Assembly: GCA_016187335.1 (NCBI GenBank)
Contig: JACPJW010000001.1
Location: 608,001-672,000 of the forward strand
Source of the DNA: Candidatus Aenigmatarchaeota archaeon
GTDB taxonomy: Archaea; Aenigmatarchaeota; Aenigmatarchaeia; GW2011-AR5
DNA: 64,000 nt
Direction of reading: 5' to 3'
Position numbers and translations under genes: made by a program. Shown here piece after piece: positions 9,231-18,557 of this stretch; positions within the stretch are counted from its first letter, which is position 1, and the number at the start of each line of letters is the position of its first letter. The notes beneath the pieces are model-generated. The model searched no databases. It was not told the origin of the DNA and was given only the letters and a program-made list of their open reading frames with translations.

Positions 9231-10022
9231 CTAATCCTTAAGAAATTCAAGAATCCTGCTGTGCAGATTCCGGTTGGACGCCACGAGACCTGAATCAAGC
9301 GATTTTAAATCCCATAGGGAACCGCCGAACGTGGTCAGCAGACCGCCGGCTTCCTCTAAAATCAGCCCGGCGGCTGCAATATCCCACGGGTTTGTTCTCA
9401 TCACGAGGCAGGCTTCAATCCTTCCGCAGGCAACGCTGCATGCATCCAGTGCAAGGGCGTTGAAGACTTTAGTCCCCTGGGAGAGAGTCGCAAACTTGCC
9501 TGCAATCTGGGCTAATCTCATTATTTCTTCGTTGCCGCCGCCGAAGCAGTAACACATAAGCGCTTCATCCATTTTGTTTGTTTTTGAAACAGAAATTTTT
9601 CCTTTTATTCCATGCTTCCTGTTTTCAAGGAAAGCGCCCTCCCCACGCTCGGCATAAAACAAGTCTTCGTTGTAAGGATCATAAACAACACCTGTTAAAG
9701 GCTTGTTTTTGTGAAAAAGCGCCATGGACACGCAGAAGTACGGGAAGCCGTGGGCAAAGTTCATGGTGCCGTCCAAAGGGTCTATATACCATATAAAATC
9801 CGAAGCTCCGCTGGATCCCGACTCTTCGGCAATTACAGCATGGCCGGGAAATCTTTTCCTGATCCGGGCTATTATGAATTTCTCCGATTCCATGTCGGCT
9901 TTCGTCAGAAGCGAGCGCTTGTCCTTTAGACTATAACTTACTTTTCCAAAATGCTTCATCAGAATAGCGCCGGCTTTCTTTGCGGTTTGTATTGCAAAAG
10001 AAAGTTCCCCGCTTTGGCGCAT
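9231..10022 (-). CDS. suhB: Inositol monophosphatase/FBPase family protein
   Basis: WYIDPLDGTMNF and WDIAAAGLILEEAGG. Confidence 0.9.
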   Translation of the reverse strand: MRQSGELSFAIQTAKKAGAILMKHFGKVSYSLKDKRSLLTKADMESEKFIIARIRKRFPGHAVIAEESGSSGASDFIWYIDPLDGTMNFAHGFPYFCVSMALFHKNKPLTGVVYDPYNEDLFYAERGEGAFLENRKHGIKGKISVSKTNKMDEALMCYCFGGGNEEIMRLAQIAGKFATLSQGTKVFNALALDACSVACGRIEACLVMRTNPWDIAAAGLILEEAGGLLTTFGGSLWDLKSLDSGLVASNRNLHSRILEFLKD

Positions 10023-10209
10023 GAGTTAAATTGAATTAGAATGCTTAAAAAATAAAAAATCCGTCACGCGGAACGATTATAAAATCACATCGCCCATCAG
10101 GAAAATTTTTTGCGCCAGCATCCAGGCGCTCTACCAGAAAGAAAAGCCGAAAAAGCACGAAACGAAAACTTTGTTTTCGTTTCAGTCTCAGCTTAGTGCT
10201 GAAGTACTA

Positions 10210-10242
10210 TTACTTTCTCTTAGCTTTTCTTTTCTTTGCCAT
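10210..10242 (-). CDS. 10-aa basic micropeptide MAKKRKAKRK
   Basis: GAGGTGA RBS, upstream TTTAAAAAGTATAA box, downstream hairpins. Confidence 0.5.
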   Translation of the reverse strand: MAKKRKAKRK

Positions 10243-10387
10243 TTAATTTCACCTCTTTCGCATAGGCACGTCTAAGCTCTTACCATGAAAGCAAGAGAAA
10301 AAACAACCTACGCTGTTACTATGATATAGTGATTATACTTTTTAAAGTTATCGCTTTGACCTTCATTGCCCAAGCTCAGGCAATTTT

Positions 10388-10416
10388 TGATCAAACTTTT
10401 TCTAAAAGTTTGATCA
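10388..10416. repeat. Dispersed palindrome TGATCAAACTTTT-TCT-AAAAGTTTGATCA
   Basis: Perfect 13-bp arms; related copies at 9213, 10521, 12796, 12825, 45421 and 53092. Confidence 0.8.
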
Positions 10417-10443
10417 TTTAGCTTTTCTTCGTCTTCTTGCCAT
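10414..10443 (-). CDS. 9-aa basic micropeptide MARRRRKAK
   Basis: GAGGTGA RBS, upstream CTTTTATATT box, stop codon inside palindrome. Confidence 0.5.
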   Translation of the reverse strand: MARRRRKAK

Positions 10444-10534
10444 CTGGATTCACCTCTTTGTTTTTTATAATAAATTTATGCAATTGCCTCAATATAAAAG
10501 TTATGTTTTTCAGAATTAGCAGAACTTTCTGAAA

Positions 10535-10804
10535 TTATTTTTTGTAAATGTTCTCGAGCCAAAATTTCTTGAAAAAAGGCAGCGTCAGCGTTGAAAGCAT
10601 GAAAGCGATAGAAGGAATGACTGCGTTAAGCCATGGATTAGGAATTCCTATAGAAGAAAGGTAAAAACCTACGGCGAGATAAGTGAAAATTGTAAGCAGC
10701 AGCCTTCTGCTGTAAGAAGTTTCCCAGGCCTTGTCCCCTTCGACACGCTTGTTTCTTTCATTGATTTTTTCTATTTCGTGTTGCAACTCGGATATCTTTG
10801 TCAT
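10535..10804 (-). CDS. Conserved hypothetical 2-TM membrane protein
   Basis: 89 aa; N-terminal coil, KRVEGDKAWETS, two hydrophobic segments. Confidence 0.75.
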   Translation of the reverse strand: MTKISELQHEIEKINERNKRVEGDKAWETSYSRRLLLTIFTYLAVGFYLSSIGIPNPWLNAVIPSIAFMLSTLTLPFFKKFWLENIYKK

Positions 10805-11013
10805 CTGCTTACCTTCTTTCTCAGAAACGGCTTGAAAAAAGTATCGAAAATTCCAAGCATAACTATCAGGGCTATTATGAAATTGACTGTTTCAGAAAGC
10901 GGCGACACTAAATTAAGAATATAAAATCCGGCTGCAATCGACGCAAATAAAACTAATGATGTGATGAACAGATAAATTAAATTTTGATATTTGCTCTGCG
11001 ATATCTTCGGCAT
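10801..11013 (-). CDS. 70-aa 2-TM membrane protein, paralog of cassette 5 gene
   Basis: MPKISQ... start; shares NLVSP.SETVNFIIALI...GIFDTF.KPFLRKK with 25804-26013. Confidence 0.75.
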   Translation of the reverse strand: MPKISQSKYQNLIYLFITSLVLFASIAAGFYILNLVSPLSETVNFIIALIVMLGIFDTFFKPFLRKKVSR

Positions 11014-11015
11014 GA

Positions 11016-11276
11016 TTATTGCGCCTTCTCCGCCATGATCTGGCTCCAGCCGCACTTGCCGCAGTATTTCCTGTTCTTGTAGCTGGCGAGGAAAGTCCCG
11101 GCGCCGCATCGCGGGCATGTCTCGCGCTTCCGCGCAAGCTCGCCGCCCTTAACCTCGTACAGCTTCCATATCTTCACCTTGGCGTGCTTTTTCTTGCTGT
11201 GAGGCCTTTCTTTTTGCGATTTCTTCTCTTTCTTCGGCTTCTTCTCTTCCACGGGAGCTTCTTCTGGTCTTGCCAC
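11016..11276 (-). CDS. rps27ae: 30S ribosomal protein S27ae
   Basis: CPRCGAGTFLA...YCGKCG zinc ribbon; position after rps24e. Confidence 0.93.
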   Translation of the reverse strand: MARPEEAPVEEKKPKKEKKSQKERPHSKKKHAKVKIWKLYEVKGGELARKRETCPRCGAGTFLASYKNRKYCGKCGWSQIMAEKAQ

Positions 11277-11307
11277 TTTTCATCACTTCTAAATCGGAAT
11301 GAAATCA

Positions 11308-11646
11308 TCATGCTTCTGCTTTCTTTTCAGCCTTTGCCTCTTCTGCTTGTGCCTTCGTCTTTGTTTCCGTTTTCTGCTCCTCTTTGGCTTCGCCTTTCTT
11401 TTCCTTCGCTGCTTTTTTCGGCGGCTCTTCCCACACGAAAATTTTTGACAGTGAGAGCGGACGGCCTCTGTCTGAATAAACCGTTCTTACATCAACCCTT
11501 TCCGCAGGTTCGCTGAATTGTTTCGCGACAAGCTCCTGCAGCGCAGCCTTTGACGGCGTAGCTTCGTTGCTATGGTCTACGGCAACCTGCATTTCCTTTC
11601 TTTTCAGGAAGATGTTCTGCTTCTCGCTCAGTATCTCAAGTTTCAT
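11308..11646 (-). CDS. rps24e: 30S ribosomal protein S24e
   Basis: MKLEILSEKQNIFLKRKE, ATPSK; start moved to ATG 11646. Confidence 0.88.
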   Translation of the reverse strand: MKLEILSEKQNIFLKRKEMQVAVDHSNEATPSKAALQELVAKQFSEPAERVDVRTVYSDRGRPLSLSKIFVWEEPPKKAAKEKKGEAKEEQKTETKTKAQAEEAKAEKKAEA

Positions 11647-11730
11647 GTCAATCGCCTGTGCCGATTCCATTATGAACGAATCTGTACCTCTATCATTTTC
11701 TAAAATCTCATGTATCACATGTTCTGATAT

Positions 11731-11829
11731 AACCCACACCTAAAGGTGTGGGTTTGCTGTGAACATGGGATCCAGATGAACATTATATTTCATCACGCGA
11801 CTAAAGTCGTGTGTTTTCAATGTTCATCT
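11731..11829. mobile_element. Orphan IS200/IS605-like palindromic end remnant
   Basis: AACCCACACC-TAAA-GGTGTGGGTT (11731-54) and CACGCGACTAAAGTCGTGTG (11794-813), the latter enclosed by AGATGAACATT/AATGTTCATCT. Confidence 0.6.
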
Positions 11830-11859
11830 TAGATAACAAAGTTTTAAAGCAGAACGCAG

Positions 11860-12330
11860 CTAGGCTTTGCTTCTTTCTGTGGGCTTTTCAATGGCTACCC
11901 CGATAATCGCCGGCTTGCCGTTGAAATCCGCCTGCGTGCCGTGGACTTCCGCCTCTATGACGGAGCCGTCTTTCCTCATGACTCTTAATGAATACTGGGT
12001 GCTCTTGACGCTTCCAAAGAGGCGCTTCATTAAATTCTCGGCAACGAAAAGCCGGTCGCTTTCCACGACTATGTCGAGGACGGAATCAAGCGCCATCAGC
12101 TCTTCAGGCGTATAACCAAGCGCGTTGGCGAACTTTGAGTTGACGTATTTGAACCTGCCGTCCTGGACAATATAGATGCCGGCGACGTTCTGGTCCACGA
12201 TGCAGCGCAGTTTTTCTTCGGCATCAAGCACAGCTCTTTTTAGGCGTTTCTTTTCCTGCATCTCCCTGACTAGCACATCCTTTATGTCCTCCGGGACATC
12301 TCTGCGATGCAGGAATTCTTCAATATCCAT
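11860..12330 (-). CDS. Stand-alone PAS-domain protein
   Basis: GIYIVQDGRFKYVN..FANALGY...EL, RKDGSVIEAEV. Confidence 0.85.
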   Translation of the reverse strand: MDIEEFLHRRDVPEDIKDVLVREMQEKKRLKRAVLDAEEKLRCIVDQNVAGIYIVQDGRFKYVNSKFANALGYTPEELMALDSVLDIVVESDRLFVAENLMKRLFGSVKSTQYSLRVMRKDGSVIEAEVHGTQADFNGKPAIIGVAIEKPTERSKA

Positions 12331-12540
12331 ATGACCACAATAACATTTAGCGGCAAGACTTTAATTTTTAATGCTAGAAAACGCACGGAGCGAAAATGGA
12401 ATATTATTCAGGAATATTGCGTAAAAATGAATATGATAGGTATACTGACTACTTTGCATAAACATATGATAAAAATCAGGGCTGAATTGGAGCTTTTGTT
12501 TCCGGCTTTATTGCATGAAATGCAGCCAATGCTACGGCTT

Positions 12541-12732
12541 TTATACTCTTATTGCGTATTTGCCCGGAGCGGTGATGCCCAGCTTCTTGGCGATAGCTGA
12601 TTCCGTGTCAAGAATCAGCACAACGCCCTGGAAGCTCGTTGTCGTTTCGTTTACCTGGCAAACGGGACACGTGGTCTTGTCAATGATTCTCTTGCAAATC
12701 TTGCACGCGCGTTTTACCATGTTCAAAATCAC
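12541..12732 (-). CDS. spt4: Transcription elongation factor Spt4 (RpoE2)
   Basis: ACKICKRI...CPVC, PGKYAIRV; follows rpoE1. Confidence 0.92.
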   Translation of the reverse strand: MILNMVKRACKICKRIIDKTTCPVCQVNETTTSFQGVVLILDTESAIAKKLGITAPGKYAIRV

Positions 12733-12795
12733 TCCGACGATTTTAACATCTCAAATGCCTTTGGCATTTGCAGATAATCAGCACCACATTGTTTT

Positions 12796-12895
12796 TGATC
12801 AAACTTTTTCTAAAAGTTTGTTTTTGATCAAACTTTTCTGAAATCTGCAGAAAGTAAAGCTTTCTGAGATCCCAAAGAACTTTCGTTCTTTGAGG
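12796..12895. repeat. Two palindrome copies plus further hairpins between rpoE1 and spt4
   Basis: TGATCAAACTTTTTCTAAAAGTTTG, TGATCAAACTTTTCTGAAA, CAGAAAGT-AAA-GCTTTCTG, CAAAGAAC-TTTC-GTTCTTTG. Confidence 0.7.
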
Positions 12896-12900
12896 AAGTT

Positions 12901-13467
12901 CTACTTCTTCTCCCTTCTCCTTTTCTTGTCTTTTTCAATCCAGTCCAAAGCGCCTAAAGTCGGCTGGCGCATCGTGAGCATTATCTTGCTGCGCCCTTTG
13001 CCTAAGGATACTCCCACAACGCGCGCGCGGACAATATCGCCTTCTTTCAGCTTGTATCCGGTTTTCTTGCCCGTGAAAACGGAGTTCTTCACGTCGTAAG
13101 CGACTTTGTCGTCCATGATCTGCGACACGTGAATCAGCGCGTCTAATGGTCCTATCCTCGTAAAGGCGCCGAATTCCGTTATGTCAACAACCTCCCCTAT
13201 TACTATCTCGTTCATGTCGGGCCTGTATATCAGGGCCTTGTATTCAACAGGATAATAAACGGCGCCGTCTTCCGGTATTATTTTTCCCTCGCCGATTTTA
13301 GTTACGGCGGTGACGGAAAGAAAGACGCCTATGTCAGGATTTATTTTTCCTTCTATGCTTTCCTCCAGCGCCTGCTTTACGGCCTCTTCCAACTCAAGGT
13401 CAAATTTTGTCGGGGGGACCCTTACCTCGTTCTTCACTTCGACTGTCTTGAACATAGCATCAACCAA
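12901..13467 (-). CDS. rpoE1: DNA-directed RNA polymerase subunit E' (Rpo7)
   Basis: VRVPP, GKIIPEDGAVYY, S1 domain, LTMRQPTLG. Confidence 0.95.
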   Translation of the reverse strand: MVDAMFKTVEVKNEVRVPPTKFDLELEEAVKQALEESIEGKINPDIGVFLSVTAVTKIGEGKIIPEDGAVYYPVEYKALIYRPDMNEIVIGEVVDITEFGAFTRIGPLDALIHVSQIMDDKVAYDVKNSVFTGKKTGYKLKEGDIVRARVVGVSLGKGRSKIMLTMRQPTLGALDWIEKDKKRRREKK

Positions 13468-13543
13468 TATTTTCCATACGATTTAAAACCGATTTAAGAT
13501 TATCCCGTCAAAGCAGAAGTCATCCGCAGACCTGTATTCTTTA

Positions 13544-15553
13544 TTATAAAAACAGCGGTATGAAAATCAGCGACAGCGTGTTCAGCAGCTTCACCAAAAC
13601 GTGCAGGGACGGCCCTGCCGTGTCTTTCAGGGGATCGCCTACAGTGTCGCCTACCACCGCTGCCTTGTGGGCTTCGCTGCCTTTCTTGCCGGCTATCTCG
13701 AATGTTTTCTTCGCGTTGTCCCATGCGCCCCCGCCGTTGTTCATCATCATCGCGAGCAGCACGCCGCTTATCGTTGCGCCTATCAGGAACGCGCCGGCGG
13801 CTTCCGCTTTCAGGAGCATGCCGACAGCAACCGGCGCTGCTACAACTAGCAGGCTCGGCAGAACCATCTCTTTCAGGGACGAACGTACGCTTATGTCAAC
13901 GCACTTTGCGTAATCGGGCTTTGTTTTGCCCTGCATCAGGCCGGGAATTGTCCTGAACTGCCTGCGCACCTCTTTTACCATCTCAAAAGCCGTATTGCCG
14001 ACCGCTCTGATTGCTAAAGAGGAAAACGCGAAAGGAAGCAGCGCGCCCAGGAACGCGCCGACGAAGACAGACGGCTTTGCGACGTCTATGACAGCAAGAT
14101 TAGCCACCTCGAAATATGCTGAAAACAGCAGAAACGCCGAAAGCGCCGCGACGCCCATTGCATACCCCTTTGTGAGCGCCTTCGTTGTATTGCCCGTTGA
14201 ATCCAGGATGTCCGTCCTCTTTCTTGTTGCCTTTTCCAGGTTGCTCATTTCAGCGATGCCGCCGGCGTTGTCCGTTATCGGCCCGAAGCCGTCCATTGCC
14301 AGGACGAAGCCGGTCGTTGCGAGCATGCCCATCGTTGCGACGGCAGTCCCGTAAAGCCCGCCGGTGATATAAGCAACAAGGATCGCGACGGATATCACGA
14401 TTATGGGAAGCACTGCTGATTCCATGCCTACGGAAATTCCCGTTATAATATTTGTGGCAGGTCCTGTCTCGCTTGATTTTGCTATGCTTTCCACAGGCCT
14501 GTAGCCGCGCGACGTGTAGTATTCGGTGATGTATCCAATGAGCAGGGCGGCAACGAGCCCTGCGAGCGCCGAGTAGTAAAGGTTGAAAGTGAGCATGTTC
14601 GTGACAAGGAAATAAAACGCGACAGCAGCAACAATTGTTGTGACAGCAAGGCCCGTCCTCATCGCCTTCATCGGGTCCTCGTTCTCCTTGACATTGACAA
14701 AAAATATGCCGACGATGGTCGCGTAAATTCCTGCGGACCTCGCAAGAAGCGGGAATAAAACGCCGTTTATCCCGAATTGCGGGAAGAAAGCAAGGCCGAG
14801 TATCATGGCGCCTATGTTCTCGGCAGTTATCGATTCGAAAAGGTCAGCGCCCCTTCCTGCCTCGTCCCCGACGTTGTCACCGACAAGGTCTGCAATAACA
14901 GCTGGATTTCTGGGATCGTCCTCGGGAATATTCTTCTCAACCTTCCCCACAAGGTCAGCGCCGACATCCGCGCCCTTCGTGTAAATGCCGCCGCCCAGCT
15001 GCGCAAAGAGCGCGGCGAAGCTTGCGCCGAAACCGAAGCCGACAATCAGCTTGGGGTCGCCGAACCAGATATAGAGCAGGGAAATGCCAAGAAGCGACAG
15101 ACCCATGACGGCGAGTCCCATGGCCATGCCGCCCAGGAAAGAAATGCGCAGCGACTTGTTCAGGCCTTTCCGCGCGGCGTTAGCAGTTCTAATGTTTGCG
15201 CGCGTCGCAACGTCCATGCCGATGAATCCGGCTATGAGCGATGCAATCACGCCGAGAACGAATGACACGCCTGTGTGCCACCCGAATACATAATACAAAA
15301 GCGCCGCGACAACCAGCGCTATCGCGGCTATTGTCGTATACTGCCTTTTCAGGAAAGCGTAAGCGCCAGTTCTTATGGCGTCCGCTATTTCGTTCATTTT
15401 CGGGCTTCCTTTCGGCTGCCTGTTGACGTGCCATGCCAAGAACAAGGATGCAAGAATCGATATTATTCCCGTTGCAATCGCAATTTCAATCATCGTTTCA
15501 CCGTTTAGTGGGTCATCCTGCTCGTGAAAAATCATTGCTATGAATTGGGTCAA
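13544..15553 (-). CDS. hppA: Membrane H+-translocating pyrophosphatase, K+-independent signature
   Basis: GGGIYTKGADVGADLVGKVE, EDDPRN, GNTTKA (Lys form), GDTVGDPLKD. Confidence 0.95.
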   Translation of the reverse strand: MTQFIAMIFHEQDDPLNGETMIEIAIATGIISILASLFLAWHVNRQPKGSPKMNEIADAIRTGAYAFLKRQYTTIAAIALVVAALLYYVFGWHTGVSFVLGVIASLIAGFIGMDVATRANIRTANAARKGLNKSLRISFLGGMAMGLAVMGLSLLGISLLYIWFGDPKLIVGFGFGASFAALFAQLGGGIYTKGADVGADLVGKVEKNIPEDDPRNPAVIADLVGDNVGDEAGRGADLFESITAENIGAMILGLAFFPQFGINGVLFPLLARSAGIYATIVGIFFVNVKENEDPMKAMRTGLAVTTIVAAVAFYFLVTNMLTFNLYYSALAGLVAALLIGYITEYYTSRGYRPVESIAKSSETGPATNIITGISVGMESAVLPIIVISVAILVAYITGGLYGTAVATMGMLATTGFVLAMDGFGPITDNAGGIAEMSNLEKATRKRTDILDSTGNTTKALTKGYAMGVAALSAFLLFSAYFEVANLAVIDVAKPSVFVGAFLGALLPFAFSSLAIRAVGNTAFEMVKEVRRQFRTIPGLMQGKTKPDYAKCVDISVRSSLKEMVLPSLLVVAAPVAVGMLLKAEAAGAFLIGATISGVLLAMMMNNGGGAWDNAKKTFEIAGKKGSEAHKAAVVGDTVGDPLKDTAGPSLHVLVKLLNTLSLIFIPLFL

Positions 15554-15557
15554 ATGT

Positions 15558-15929
15558 TCAGGCTTCAGTCAGTTTTTTCTTTTCGCGAAGCCTTATAATC
15601 CTTATCCCATTCTTTTTTAAGCTTTTAATCAGCGCGCGGTCGTTTGTCGCGACGGCAAAGTCACTTTGTTTTTCGCGCAGGGCATGCCTGAGAATTGCCG
15701 CATCCGCGTTTTTCTCCGCGCTCCTGACTATTATTACGCCCTTTGCACGCGCCATTATCAGGGCGATTCTCGCTGCTTCGCCCGCCTTTCCGCGTTTCTT
15801 GCCCAGCTTTTCCAGCTCATTGAAGCAGCTGCTGAGCGTTATCAGCTCGTGGCCGTGCAGCTGCGCAGAAAAATCAACCCTGTACTTGGTGCAGTCAAGC
15901 AGCATGTTCGTGTCCAGAAGGATTTTCAT
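15558..15929 (-). CDS. PIN-domain protein (Fcf1/Utp23-like)
   Basis: ILLDTN, ADAAIL, VATNDRAL. Confidence 0.85.
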   Translation of the reverse strand: MKILLDTNMLLDCTKYRVDFSAQLHGHELITLSSCFNELEKLGKKRGKAGEAARIALIMARAKGVIIVRSAEKNADAAILRHALREKQSDFAVATNDRALIKSLKKNGIRIIRLREKKKLTEA

Positions 15930-15974
15930 GAAGAAAGAATTGCAGAGGAACGGACTTAAAATACAATTCAGTCG

Positions 15975-16472
15975 TCATACCAGAATTATCCTATCCGCTT
16001 CATAAGGTGGTTTCAAAAGAAGCCTTTCTATCAAATCAACAGGCTGGGGTCTATGAAATGCCGCATAATACGCATCAGGAAATATTCTTTTAACATAATC
16101 GGCATGTCCTCTTCCAATTGCCACTGCCTCTGGATTTTGTTCTTTGATTGATTCAACAAATCCTCTATCCCGGCTATGAAATAAAAATGAATCAAATAAA
16201 GTTTTTAGATCACCGTGATAATTTGTTAAAACAAACGGTCCTTTTCTTACGAACCGTTGTCTTATATCCCCGTCTATAATCCTAGTGCCTCTCCTTGAAT
16301 ATCTTTCTGCGAGCTGAGAGAAAAAATTGGGCTTGAAGAGATGATAAAAATCTCTATAATTAATAGGCAACTCAAGTAACAAAGATTTAGGAACACCGTT
16401 ACAGGTCTCGTAAATTGATCTATCTGCTATGTCCAGTAAATTAGAACTATGCAAGACTCCGATTAATTTCAT
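15975..16472 (-). CDS. Hypothetical AT-rich protein
   Basis: Probable start MKLIGVLH at 16472; the ORF-track 5' extension overlaps the TRAM gene. Confidence 0.55.
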   Translation of the reverse strand: MKLIGVLHSSNLLDIADRSIYETCNGVPKSLLLELPINYRDFYHLFKPNFFSQLAERYSRRGTRIIDGDIRQRFVRKGPFVLTNYHGDLKTLFDSFLFHSRDRGFVESIKEQNPEAVAIGRGHADYVKRIFPDAYYAAFHRPQPVDLIERLLLKPPYEADRIILV

Positions 16473-16560
16473 ATTCACTACTAAAAAGTTAATCTTTAAA
16501 TTGTCTAGAAAATGAAAGGAAAATAAAAACAAAATATTCCTTCTTTCAGCAGCAAGAAGC

Positions 16561-16965
16561 TTATTCTTCTTCTTTGCTTTCTGAAGATTCGTCCCAGTCA
16601 GAATCCTGCGGCTCTTCAGGCTCCGACGGCTCTTCCGATCCCTCTTCGCCGCCGGCTGATTCGCCGATTTTTTCGCCGACTGCAAAGCGCTGGGAAACCT
16701 GCTTTATTCTTATGCGCACCTCATCGCCTTTCTTCGTTCCAGGAACGAAAACGATGAAGTTTTCTATCTTTGTTATCCCGTCGCCTTTCGCGCCGACATC
16801 GGTTATCTTGACTGTGTACTCTTCTCCTTCCTTGATCGGCTTGGGCTTGTCCCCGAATCCGCCGCTGTCTCGGTCTCTGAATCCGCCGCCTCCGCCTCCG
16901 CCTCCGCGGCCAAATCCGCCGCCTCCGCGTGGAGGACCTCTCCCGAAGCCTCGTCTTTCTCTCAT
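16561..16965 (-). CDS. Single TRAM-domain RNA-binding protein with RGG/Gly-rich N-terminus and acidic tail
   Basis: [45 protein letters not shown]. Confidence 0.9.
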   Translation of the reverse strand: MRERRGFGRGPPRGGGGFGRGGGGGGGGFRDRDSGGFGDKPKPIKEGEEYTVKITDVGAKGDGITKIENFIVFVPGTKKGDEVRIRIKQVSQRFAVGEKIGESAGGEEGSEEPSEPEEPQDSDWDESSESKEEE

Positions 16966-17285
16966 TTTTGCACCTTCTTTTCAAGGCACGAAAGCCATGA
17001 GCTTTTGTGCCAGTCTAACTAAGTTGCAGGAATCATATCGCTTGAAGTTCGGAACAGCTTGAAGCCTTAGGCTTCGGTCTGCTCAAAACTTCGTTTTGTT
17101 TTCGCTTTTGCTATTCTTCCTTTCCCTTAGCAAAGCAATTAACAAAGCCCTTCAGAACAAGCATAACCGTCCTAAGAAAATTTGATTTTCCGTCCGATTA
17201 ACCGTCCTTCCGAAGCCCGTCTTTTTGCTTCATAAATAACTACAACAGAAAGGAATTTAAAGGCGATAAAGATAGCTACTACCAA

Positions 17286-17807
17286 ATGGTGAAACAAGTG
17301 GATAAGAATCAGGGAAACAACGAGGAACTGGAGCGCATTCTCGAGGGACTTTCCGATAACGCAAGAGCGGCAATAAGAAAAGCCATAGGAGAGCAGACGT
17401 CTAGAGCCGCAAGGGCAGAAAAAAAGTTAGTGATGTACGAAAACAGTGGTAGAGAAATTTTGGATACTCTAGTTTCGGAAGAACTGGTTTATGTCCTTTC
17501 ATCCATGATTCTCGACAGGCAAAGGGAAATCAGACGCCTTCGAGGAAGATATGGAGATTTGGCTAGAGAAAAGGCAGGGCTGGATGAGCAGGTTGCCGTC
17601 CTTAGAGGACTTCTGGAAGCAAAAACAGGCACCGAGCAAACTGCACAAAGAGTTAAGGCGTACTTGCTAGTGGATGAATACATCGCTGGGATATACCCTT
17701 TTGTTGATAGGATAAAAATATATGAGGTCAGGTCTCTTGGATTTGCCGGAGCCGTGAAGGTTTACGCCGCCAGCGCACGAGCATTTTTCAAAGAATTATT
17801 CAGATAG
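17286..17807 (+). CDS. Hypothetical coiled-coil protein
   Basis: 173-aa ORF, charged heptad pattern, upstream TATA-like box. Confidence 0.6.
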   Translation: MVKQVDKNQGNNEELERILEGLSDNARAAIRKAIGEQTSRAARAEKKLVMYENSGREILDTLVSEELVYVLSSMILDRQREIRRLRGRYGDLAREKAGLDEQVAVLRGLLEAKTGTEQTAQRVKAYLLVDEYIAGIYPFVDRIKIYEVRSLGFAGAVKVYAASARAFFKELFR

Positions 17808-18516
17808 CTTCCTGTTCCAGCACGAACTCCAGCCTGCGGTTGCTTTTCCCCTTGTTTTCCATCTTGGTTATTTTCAATCTGCCAATCTCTTTCGTGTTCG
17901 CGACATGGCACCCGCCGTCCGCCTGGATGTCAACGCCGACGACTTCAACAATCCGCAGCGTTTCAAGGTTAGGCGGCATGGCTGCAGCAAGCTTCACCAA
18001 TCCTTCTATTTTCATGGCCTCGTCGCGCGGAAGATAGTATATTTTCACGTCATGCCCCTCTGCTATAACGCTGTTCGCCTTGCCAACTATTTTTTCAATC
18101 AAGGCCCGGTCGAAGTTCTCTATATTAACATCAACCCGCGAGCGGTCCGGATATATCTGGTTGCCTGTGACTAGGGCTCCGGTGTCCTTGAACATTATCT
18201 GTATGAGGCAATGCATGGCCGTATGCATCCTCATGACCTTGTAGCGCCGTTCCCAGTCAAGGATGCAATGCACGGAATCGCCGCTCTGCAGCCCGGCGCG
18301 GTCAAGCACATGAACAATCCTGCCTTCGCGCTTCTTCACTTCGTTCACGCTATATTCAATTCCGTCCTTGATTATTTTTCCCTGGTCGCAGGGGTTCCCG
18401 CCGCCTTCGGGGAAGAAAGCAGTCTGGTCGAGTTCTATTTCATTGTTCAGCGCCGTGGTGACTGTTGAAGACCATTCCTTCAGGTAGCAGTCGTCGAACC
18501 AGAGGGGGTTTGTCAT
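17800..18516 (-). CDS. alaXM: AlaX-M free-standing alanyl-tRNA editing protein
   Basis: TAFFPEGGGNPCD, RMHTAMH, QADGGCHV. Confidence 0.88.
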   Translation of the reverse strand: MTNPLWFDDCYLKEWSSTVTTALNNEIELDQTAFFPEGGGNPCDQGKIIKDGIEYSVNEVKKREGRIVHVLDRAGLQSGDSVHCILDWERRYKVMRMHTAMHCLIQIMFKDTGALVTGNQIYPDRSRVDVNIENFDRALIEKIVGKANSVIAEGHDVKIYYLPRDEAMKIEGLVKLAAAMPPNLETLRIVEVVGVDIQADGGCHVANTKEIGRLKITKMENKGKSNRRLEFVLEQEAI

Positions 18517-18557
18517 GTAGCCAGAATTGTCCGGAATTTTTAAAAAGCGTGAGCCAG

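Noticed and set aside
10105-10140. tRNA-like fragment (minus strand TGGTAGAGCGCC)
   Set aside because: Only a D-arm-like word; no acceptor stem, anticodon arm or TTC loop
11647-11739. 31-aa N-terminal extension of S24e in the ORF track
   Set aside because: It overlaps the palindromic element; homology starts at MKLEIL
16860-16930. GCC/GGC microsatellite or contingency locus
   Set aside because: It is simply the Gly-rich coding tract of the TRAM protein
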